Source of the DNA: Macrostomum hystrix
Lineage: Eukaryota > Animalia > Platyhelminthes
Reading direction: 5' to 3'
Assembly (NCBI GenBank): GCA_950097015.1
Contig: CATNEN010000005.1
Coordinates: forward strand, 1,922,001-1,986,000
Length of the DNA: 64,000 nucleotides
The position numbers and the translations under genes were made by a program. The notes beneath the pieces were generated by a model. It saw only the letters and a list, made by a program, of their open reading frames with translations. It was not told the DNA's origin and made no database searches. Below are positions 15,201 through 24,457 of the stretch, piece after piece (the stretch's first letter is position 1; every line of letters starts with the position of its first letter).

Positions 15201-18200
15201 TACAAAACCAGCTAGTTCTTACCACCCTACAAAACCGGCTAGTTCTCACCTCCCTACAAAACCAGCTAGTTCTTACCACCCTACAAAACCAGCTAGTTCT
15301 CACCTCCCTACAAAACCAGCTAGTTCTCACCTCCCTACAAAACCAACATTACCAGTCCTACCATTCGTTAATTAAACAACGTCCATTTCCGTCACAAGCA
15401 AAGCAAACATAGCGCCAACTTTATTATATTGGACAGGAAACTCGCAAGCTGAAGTTCTGGTTCATCACGTCGATGCAAAAGAAGGTCACAAGCTTCCTTG
15501 TTCAAACTTCGTTCATGTTTTTCAACGATCTCATAACGCCTGGCCATGTGCCTAAGGACTATGCCAGCTTTATCAAGCGTGTTATGCGGCTAATGCTGCT
15601 AGAGAAATATCATAATATTTCTCGTATCCATCTAGACGTGGTACCGTTGGACATCAAAGACGCTGGCATTGAAGGCTTAGATGGTAAGAAGAAATAGGCA
15701 TTGATGCGTATTGCTTCGCGTATAATTAAGATTGGTGCATTAAAATGTGATTGTTTAGGAAGCATAACCGTGTTTCTTTAGTAAGTTCTGTATTTTCTGC
15801 TACTAATAGTAGAAATGAAAACATTATACCTTTTTAATTTGTGATTAGAATTTCTAACCAATTATTAATCACTGTTTCAGACTTCACGATTGGTGGTGAG
15901 ATATTTTTCACTAGCTTATCTAATCTACGTTGTCATTTAGTTTATTTATTTATCTGTTTCATTACTGTTTATTGAATCGCTATATACTGCTCTTTTTTAC
16001 TTTTATACCAAGTGATCGTATTATATAATATACTCTTTGTAGCAATTTAATTTTTTAAACTATTTTTATCAGTTTTTAACTGTACGTCTGTAAATTCGAG
16101 ATAAGTTATATTTGATTTGTCATGTTTTATTACTTTGTATTTTTTCATTTACTTAAATTGAATTACATTTTTTAACCGTTGTTTAGAACGCGATGACCGC
16201 CCAGTCGAGGTTCGAGTCCAGGAGCAGTTGATGCGCACTATTGAAGAGGCCTATCCAAATGTGCTAACTACTGAGGAGCTGTCCAAGTGAGTTGCTGCTA
16301 GAGATGTACTCACACAGGGGGTGTGTACATCTGCCCTGACCTCATCGTCGGTTAGGTCACTTAGGTCCCTACACGAGCTTAGGGACACTGGTGCGAGAGG
16401 CAAACGCGTTAACCACCCGGATTTGATGCTAAATGTACACATTAATTATCGATCTGTTTCTAATATAAACAGAAATGTGCAAATTGTTTATGTTGCTAGG
16501 CTACTCGTCGGTCAGATTTCTATTGCAAATCGAATAATTTATAAGAATATTCGTTTCTATAAAACGTCCACATTATAAAGTTCATGTTTGTTGCCATGGT
16601 AAGCATAAACCAATGCCCCTTTCCTATATCTCTACAGAGTGGTTCAGCAGGACGAGAAGCTGGTGCTGAATATTCTAGATCAGCTGCTATCTGAAGGACG
16701 CCTCCATCGCGTCGCCATGGAGGGTCGAAATCGAGGCAAATTTGCCTACGTTTTGCAGGTGCAAACTGGCCAAGACGAGGCTAACGCCGATTTAGGCATG
16801 GGAAAAGTTGAAGAAATCAGCGAAGGCAACATGGACGTCATCACCAAGATGAAAGAGAAACCAACTGTCGCCATCATCACCAATCTGATGTGCGAGAAGC
16901 GAGCCGTGGACGCTGTGATGCAGGATAAAACTACCTACGTGCGCTACGAGACAAAGGGTGGGGATTCTCATGTCTATACTATCGGCTATATTGGAGCGCA
17001 TAAGTGTGTCAGCACCAAACTGCCGGCTGTTGGTCGCGACATGCGAGCCAAGATTGCTAGCGGCAATACTACTACTAGATTGTTGGGCACGTTTCAGGTG
17101 AGTTGCAATCAAGATTAACAGACTCCTTCTTCTATAGATACTCGTAGATAGTAAAAAGGTGCAAGACAGAATGTCTGTTCGTTTTTGTTAAATTACTAAC
17201 TTAATTTACGCATCGGTTTAACAACCAACCACCAGGCTAGGCCTTTGCCGGCTAAAAATTTGTTTACGATAAAAAAATAATAAACGAAACAAGCATCCAT
17301 ACGTATAATGGACGAAAGCATCTTCAATGCCAGCCACGCACACATCGCTAAATTGTTTAGGTTAGCAGTTAGGTTAGGTTAGGTTTATGTGTTGCCGTAA
17401 CTGTACTTTTAGTCATGTTCAGTGCGAATCTACCGCGCTTAGTAATCGTAAAAATATTTCTTCTCGCAAGAATTTATTCATAGCGGAGGTTAGAAAACGT
17501 ATTTGTGAACAGTCACAAAAAGTACTGTAAAAATAGGCGTTTCAAGACACATGAAAAGTTTTTTACGGGCAATCATAGACCTTAAAGGGTGTTATCATTT
17601 GTCAGTGGAGTCAATTTGAATTAATAAATGGAGTTAATGAGTCTGCGTTAAGTTGCCTCCATGTGCGTCTTGCATTCAGGCTTAGGTACCGTAAGTCTGT
17701 AAAACGTAATTACAGCAGGCTTTGGTCTGTAATGCGCTTCAAGAGAAATCTTGTAGTCATTCTTGAGTCCACAGTAAACGTTAAAGTAGAGCGATGGCTG
17801 TGATGGGCAAAGGCTGCCACCTCCGTGTCCAGTTCCGGAGCTCAGGAAACTGGAACCTGCGGTTGCGAGTCGTGGATCACCATGATTTCCGCGGGTGTCA
17901 CATTTTTTCACCAGTGGCTGGTGGATGTCTGTTCGCACACTACCCCATGCCCACTTCTTGAACACAGGCAACTGGGCTCTGCGCTGCAGCTTTGCACTTG
18001 GAGCTGTGATTCAATGACGAGAGTGACTGTCTTCACCTAGCTTTACATGCTAGGTTCTTCGCTGCATCGGAGGTGCACTGTCAGGAACGACCTGCCGGTT
18101 GTGGTGTGAAATCACTATGGAGCGCAGTGCATTGGGAGTGCCAACTGCGTCCTCCTTGGACGCCCACCGAAAGCCCACTTAAAGGTGGATAAGAGTCCAC

Positions 18201-21200
18201 AGACTGCAGGCTCATTATTGCGCTGCACGCCAGATAGGACCATGTGCCACTTGCGAGTCAAAGCGAGAACTGTAACAGAAATGTAAAAAAATCGCCGCAT
18301 GTTTCCCAGTCGACGCGAAAGTCCACTGCGCTAAGCACCGACAAGGAACCGTCGAGCGCAAGCTCGAGCTCGTATCCCGCGCTGAACAGTGATGTCTGTA
18401 GGGCCACCATGGCTAATAGCTCCGTAGCCGTGTGGGCTGGACCGCGGCGACTTGCCGAATCGAACCCTAGGCTGTTAGGAATAAGGGTCGCACTGCTGGT
18501 GGTAGTGGCGGCAGTCTTGGAAGATCATGAAATTAAGCTTCTTCCAGGCGAGCCACGAGTATAGCGCTTTTTTCAGTCATGTGTTTTTATTTGGACGGAA
18601 TTTTCGGCCTAAACTGTGCCTAAAAATAGACAGCACAGCTAGTGGCACAATCGGAGCTATTGCGGGACGATTTCGAAGGCTGCGTGCAACGTCTCAAATC
18701 GCAGCTCTTCAGTGCGTAGACTGAAGTTTCATCCGCCATAATTTCTACCCTAGCTAATTCTAGTATCCATTCATATAACAACCGGATTGAATGAAGCAAT
18801 CGGGAATTAAGTGGCTTGCTCAATGACACGAACTCACGACCTATGTTGATGCTCATTGCGACCTGCATATTACAGGACATTGAGCACGTACTATTAGTTG
18901 GCGTCTGCGGTTCGGTTTGCAATCTGAGCGACCTGGCGCAGAGCAGCCGACTCGGCGACATCATCGTAGCTTCGCCCAGTCCAAAGCAGGACAGCGCCTA
19001 CGTCTACTGTGACAGCGTCGACGAGGACGACTCAGGACAGTTGCGCTTCAGTCTGAAACAGTGGATTGTGCCGGATGCAAAACTGCCTCAGCTGGCTGCC
19101 AATCTTGTGTCCGCCTACGGACCCAGCTTCGAGCAGGTTTGCCCTCAATTTTATCCATTGTCACTCCTCTTAAAGCCATTCTCACTCCGAAAACCATTGT
19201 CCCACTTCAAACCATTGTCACTCCTCTTAAAACCATTGTCACCCCTCTTAAAACCATTGTCACCCCTCTTAAAACCATTTTCAATTCTCTTAAAACCAAT
19301 GTCACTCCGCTTAAAACCATTGTCACCCCTCTTAAAACCAATGTCACTCCTCTTAAAACCATTTTCACCCCTCTTAAAACCATTGTCACTCCGAAAACCA
19401 TTGTCCCTCCTCAAACCATTGTCACCCCTCTTAAAAGCAATGTCACTCCTCTTAAAACCATTTTCAATTCTCTTAAAACCAATGTCACTCCGCTTAAAAC
19501 CAATGTCACTCCTCTTAAAACCATTTTCAATTCTCTTAAAACCAATGTCACTACTCTTAAAACCATTGTCACTCCTCTTAAAGCCATTTTCACTCCACTT
19601 AAAAGCATTTTCACACCGTTTAATCTATTGTCACTCCTCCAGACCGATTGTCTGTCCAATTGATCCCCACTCACTGTTCAATTTCATCTCCAGTAATTTA
19701 CTTTCCCAACCGCAGGCTCCGTGGACTCAGCTCAGCGCGGAGGTGGCCAGTCAGCTGACTGACTTTGCCCGTCCGGAGGGTGTCGAAGATAAAGTGCAAA
19801 TGCAGCTTGGCGACGGTCAGGTGATTGAGATGGCGCCTCCGACATTGGATAGGGCTGGTGATTTGCCCTTTGTTCGCATGGGTCCGCTTGGCAGCGGCAA
19901 GCCTGTTGTCTCTGACGCCTTCCTCAGATCTGAATTCGCTATTCAACGAGGCATTCTTGGCTACGATACCGAGTTTGACCAGGTATACTGTGCGGGTCAG
20001 CAATATGGGCTTCTGTGTCATGCTTGTAGGCTTATCTGAGTCATGCTTGTAGGCTTATCTGAGTCATGCTTGTAGGCTTATCTGAGCCATGCTTGTAGGC
20101 TTATATGAGTCATGCTTGTAGGCTTATCTGAGTCATGCTTGTAGGCTTATCTGAGTCATGCTTGTAGGCTTATCTGAGCCATGCTTGTAGGCTTATATGA
20201 GTCATGCTTGTAGGCTTATCTGAGTCATGCTTGTAGGCTTATCTGAGTCATGCTTGTAGGCTTATATGAGTCATGCTTGTAGGCTTATCTGAGTCATGTT
20301 TGTAGGCTTATCTGAGTCATGTTTGTAGGCTTATCTGAGTCATGTTTGTAGGCTTATATGAGTCATGTTTGTAGGCTTATCTGAGCCATGCTTGTAGGCT
20401 TATATGAGTCATGTTTGTAGGCTTATATGAGCCATGTTTGTAGGCTTATCTGAGTCATGTTTGTAGGCTTATCTGAGTCATGTTTGTAGGCTTATCTGAG
20501 TCATGTTTGTAGGCTTACTAGCTTTTTTTGCCCGTTGTTTTTGGGGCAGAAATTTAAAGCAAAGCAGTAAGCAATTCACGTCTCTGTATTAACTTTATAG
20601 TGAAGGTCACCATTTATTTATTTACTGCATTAATGAAAAGTGAAGAGTTTGTTTAAGGGCGTTTTAAGTAAAAAATAAGTGAAAAGTTTGTCCAAACAGC
20701 CCCCTCTTGATTACTTCTTTAGAAACATGTCTCTTAGCCACTCCTCTATACAGTCAGTGGCAGATCCAGGAATTTTGTTTTGGGGCGGTCTGTCAGGGGA
20801 GCGCCATGAGAATCACAGAGGGGGTGCCAGCGGCCGAAAAAGGGCGCCAGGAGCCAAGAAAGGGCGCCAGTGGCTGAAAAACGGGAGCCAGCGGCTGAAA
20901 AAGGGGCGCCAGCGGCCGAAAAGGAGCGCCAGTGCTGCGACTGGCGCCCCTGGTGGGGGCATCTTATTCCCATGATTAAAATTTAGGGGGGCGACTGCCC
21001 CCCCGCCCCCCCCTAAATCTGCCTCTGTATACAGTATGCATGTACACGCGTATACATAAGGAAAATAGCCATGGCATAACAATAACAATGTCAAAGAAAC
21101 AAAATTAAACTGTTTCAGAGTTCAGAGTTAGACAGGTCAAGGTCAATTCGTGACTACTTTTCTATTAATTGCTTGCGAGTCACCTCAAGTCCTGGGGATA

Positions 21201-22949
21201 CACCACATTCTTCGTTCTTCCCCTTGGTGCGAAAATGAATAGGCCAGCTGGAGTTCCAACACGGGAGCAGGCGACATAAAGCTGCCCATGCGAGAAGCAA
21301 GGAGTCTCCAGGTTGATGCCAGCCACCTTCAGCGACTGTCCCTGAGCCTTGTTAATAGTCATCGCAAAGCACACTCTCACAGGGAACTGCAGTCGCTTGA
21401 ACTGAAATAGCAGGTCCGTGGGGATAATTGGAATCCGGGGAACGAACACAGACTCTCCTCTGCCAGATCCAGTCATTATCGTGGCCTCAATCACGTGTGG
21501 GAAGAGCCGCCTGACTATCAGTCTGGTGCCGTTACACAGCCTTGGCGCATTCAGGTTGCGGAGGAGCATAATTGGTGCCCCAACTTTCAGCTGCAAGTTG
21601 TGCGATGGAGTTCCAGGAGGATCTAGAGAGTTCAGAAACTCAACAGGATACTCCACAGCGGTGTCATCAGTCAACGTTGTATCAATTGACTTGTAGGTGA
21701 AAACTGCACCTGGCAACTCCTGAAGCAGTTGGTAGTTAATTTCGTTGGTGGCATCATTTCTAGGACACAGAATTGCCCTCTCTGACAGCCAGTCAACGTC
21801 AGCATATCGAGAGAAATAGGCTGGCTGGAGAGAAATATCGACCGGAGAGCCCTGCGCACTGGGACGCCACCGCACTCACCGCACTCAGTCTCAGTGCTGC
21901 TTGGGGGCCAGTAGACAGTCTAGGGGTTTGGGCTGTGTACATTCACGGCTTGAAATACAATGTACAGTCTGGGGCTTCGGCGCCCGGGGAAGGGAGGGGG
22001 TGGCTGTAATAAAATTTGGCCCGCAGAGTGGCGGAGGGGAGTTGGGGTGGCTGTCCTCGGAAAACAAAAAGTGACTCACTTTGAGATGATGCAGCTTTGC
22101 TCTGGATTGAGTAGAGATGTTCAAAATTGACAGCATTGTTGGAAAACATGTAAAGTGTAAGTGGATCAAATTTGGAGAAAATCTGACAAAGTGGGGCGAC
22201 GATATGTCGAATTGTGTGATTTTTTGACGATTTTTGAGCAGTTTTTTGCACTTTTGAGCAGGAAGGAAATGATTTTTCGGGAATTTGAGTAGCCTATTGC
22301 ACTCAGCGTAGGTGGTTTTAGGTGTGTGCAAAGTTTGGTGCAATTTGGTTGAGCGGTTTCGGCGTCTATAAAGACAAAAGGTTGCACACACACAGACAGA
22401 CACACACACACACAGACAGAGTTTTCACTTTTATATATATAGATATGAGCCATGTTTGTAGGCTTATCTGAGTCATGTTTGTAGGCTTATCTGAGTCATG
22501 TTTGTAGGCTTATCTGAGTCATGTTTGTAGGCTTATATGAGTCATGTTTGTAGGCTTATCTGAGCCATGCTTGTAGGCTTATATGAGTCATGCTTGTAGG
22601 CTTATATGAGTCATGTTTGTAGGCTTATCTGAGTCATGTTTGTAGGCTTATCTGAGTCATGTTTGTAGGCTTATCTGAGCCATGCTTGTAGCCTTATGAG
22701 TCAGCATTGTAAAGCCGTATTAGATTTTCTTTCTCTGTAGATAAAATTTCTATTCATATAAAGTCAATTATTTCATCCCATCCATTATCTCAGGTGCTTG
22801 AAAGCATCCTTGGCAACAGGTGCAACTCGTTCCTAGTGGTTCGCGCTTGTGCCGACTATCACGACGGTCAGAAGGGCACCGTGTGGCAGCCGTACGCTAG
22901 CCTGCAGGCTGCAGCCTTTGCTAGGAGTGTGTTACAGGAGCTGGTGTAA
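3290..22949 (+). CDS. Seven-coding-exon gene, ~566 aa: uncharacterised N-terminal domain + probable winged helix + purine/uridine nucleoside phosphorylase (PNP_UDP_1 / MTAN-like) domain
   Basis: Exons 3290-3499, 15437-15683, 16187-16286, 16638-17097, 18876-19136, 19716-19982, 22794-22949, all GT-AG with matching phases (0,1,2,0,0,0). Phosphorylase-fold motifs: PTVAIITNLMCEKRAVD, EHVLLVGVCG, RLGDIIV, GYDTEFDQ, FLVVRACADYHDG, WQPYASLQAAAFA. Splice acceptor upstream of the ATG at 3238-3239; AATAAA at 23056. Winged-helix call for exons 3-4 is from recalled family architecture, not a search. Confidence 0.88.
3630..3935 (+). mobile_element. tRNA-derived SINE, family 1
   Basis: Shares GCGCAGCCGCGGAGAGAAGGCTT, GGGCCAACCTCC, GTGTACACTGCCTGAC and the CTCCTCGCTGGCTGC..GCAGCCCTCCTGC + (ATT)n tail with seven other copies in the window. 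Confidence 0.85.
4399..5580. repeat. Minisatellite, 17-bp unit GAGATGAGAATGTCGGC with 15-bp variants, ~70 units
   Basis: Direct reading; lies in intron 1 of gene 1. Confidence 0.97.
6405..7101. repeat. Minisatellite, 34-bp unit CCTTATTTGCCCAAAATATCCCATCTGCTGCAAT, ~20 units
   Basis: Direct reading; explains the three overlapping + strand ORFs at 6316-7126. Confidence 0.97.
7845..15346. repeat. 7.5-kb satellite, 27-bp unit CTAGTTCTCACCTCCCTACAAAACCAG with 39-bp variants, organised in ~2.11-kb higher-order repeats
   Basis: Direct reading. The RTSWFCREV ORFs recur at spacings 2109/2110 and 2778. A degenerate ~21-bp lead-in occupies 7845-8015. Confidence 0.97.
16305..16420 (-). mobile_element. 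SINE family 1, internally deleted copy
   Basis: Reverse complement has head TAACGCGTTTGCCTCTCGCACCAG and GACGATGAGGTCAGGGCAGATGTACAC. Confidence 0.7.
19155..19615. repeat. Minisatellite, 21-bp unit AAACCATTGTCACCCCTCTTA with 18-bp variants, in intron 5 of gene 1
   Basis: Direct reading. Confidence 0.95.
20755..21027. mobile_element. hAT-type MITE nested in the Helitron
   Basis: Imperfect TIRs CAGTGGCAGATCC / AATCTGCCTCTG; exact 8-bp TSD TATACAGT at 20747-20754 and 21028-21035. Confidence 0.88.
21180..21860 (-). pseudogene. C-terminal fragment of a Helitron RepHel PIF1-like helicase
   Basis: WLSERAILCPRN, LKVGAPIMLLRNL..PRLCNGTRL, FKRLQFPVRVCFAMTINKAQGQSL, FSHGQLYVACSRV, KNVVY. The Rep domain and N-terminal helicase motifs are absent. 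Confidence 0.92.
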
Positions 22950-23108
22950 CTGGGTGTTCATCTGTTATCACTTGTATTTCAATCGTTTATTAAGCTATCA
23001 ATGTTTTTATAAACCAAGCCGCTATGGATAATTAGCACTTCCTTATTTCTCATCCAATAAATCTAGCTTGCAAGATGGTCGCTTGTTGTTGCTGCTAATC
23101 ACTGACAG

Positions 23109-23712
23109 TTTAGTGGGTCAGTGATTCAATTAGAATCCAATTTAGTGGGTCAGTGAATGGGAATCCAATATAGTGGGTCAGTGAATGGGAATCCAATTTA
23201 GTGGGTCAGTGAATGGGAATCCAATTTAGTGGGTCAGTGAATGGGAATCCAATATAGTGGGTCAGTGAATGGGAATCCAATTTAGTGGGTCAGTGAATGG
23301 GAATCCAATTTAGTGGGTCAGTGAATGGGAATCCAATATAGTGGGTCAGTGAATGGGAATCCAATTTAGTGGGTCAGTGAATGGGAATCCAATTTAGTGG
23401 GTCAGTGAATGGGAATCCAATTTAGTGGGTCAGTGAATGGGAATCCAATTTAGTGGGTCAGTGAATGGGAATCCAATTTAGTGGGTCAGTGAATGGGAAT
23501 CCAATATAGTGGGTCAGTGAATGGGAATCCAATTTAGTGGGTCAGTGAATGGGAATCCAATTTAGTGGGTCAGTGAATGGGAATCCAATTTAGTGGGTCA
23601 GTGAATGGGAATCCAATTTAGTGGGTCAGTGAATGGGAATCCAATTTAGTGGGTCAGTGAATGGGAATCCAATTTAGTGGGTCAGTGAATGGGAATCCAA
23701 TTTAGTGGGTCA
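23109..23712. repeat. Minisatellite, 28-bp unit GAATCCAATTTAGTGGGTCAGTGAATGG, ~21 units
   Basis: Direct reading; intergenic between genes 1 and 2. Confidence 0.97.
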
Positions 23713-24457
23713 GGGAGTTAATTAGAACCAGTGTCAAATAAGGTAAACGAATTTATTGTTTAGTCAACGCATTCCATCTTGCAATTTTTGTTACATCTGT
23801 TTTACTTTTATTTTAATTTGCTTGGCTTTTTTTCAAATATGCGAACAGGTGTAAAAAATGCAGATATCCCTGATCAAACCAGTTTTACTCTTGAACTTAC
23901 AATAGATATGTTTGTTTCTTGGTCACTTTAAGTATATTTATTAGTTTAAACATTTTTACCAGTTTTTAAGCTTTTTAAGCTTTTTCGCTTCTTTGAAATT
24001 TGATTGCAATTGTCAGCAATAGCAGCTTATTCGTGTTTTTTTTACTCGGCATTACTTAATTATTCAGCAGCTTTTTGTTGTTTTAGCTATTCAATAGTGC
24101 AATCTAGTTTTTGTTATTATTGTTTTTTTACTGAAATGTATACCATCAGTTTACTTATTCAGTACAGATTAATTATAATTCTAATAGTCTACAACAAATA
24201 TAGCATTAATATTGAAGTTGCTTTACTTTATAAAGTTGTGTACTTTTTTTTAACAAATATTAACTGAAATATTTTAGACTTGCGCTTTTTTACCATAGAC
24301 ATTCAAGTCTGCGAGTACTTTTAGCAACTAATTCTGATGTGTTTATGGTCAAGGGAGACAATTGTCTATGGCATTTAACAGCAGATAGAATAACTCGGCC
24401 ACAGGAATAGCAGTACATTTGGCCATTCATTTATTTGATCGCCAACAGAAAGTCGCT

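Larger units (their letters stand above)
20518..22443 (-). mobile_element. Non-autonomous Helitron (1926 bp) with both termini intact
   Basis: Minus strand starts TCTATATATATAAAA followed by a TCTG/TG microsatellite and ends GCCC-loop-GGGC hairpin then CTAG. Inserted between A and T with no TSD. Confidence 0.93.
20017..22700. repeat. 23-bp minisatellite TCATGCTTGTAGGCTTATCTGAG split in two (20017-20517 and 22444-22700) by a Helitron
   Basis: Joining the flanks gives GGCTTA+TATGAGCC, a normal unit variant. Confidence 0.96.

Noticed and set aside
8267-15330. Repeated RTSWFCREV ORFs on the minus strand
   Set aside because: Translations of a 27-bp satellite in an intron; no true ATG context or splice support.
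17368-17386. (TTAGG)3 telomere-like repeat
   Set aside because: Only three units, interstitial; more likely part of a repeat element or chance.
23109-23712. CRISPR-like appearance of 27-34-bp regular repeats here and elsewhere
   Set aside because: Units are head-to-tail with no unique spacers, there are no cas genes, and the context is eukaryotic.
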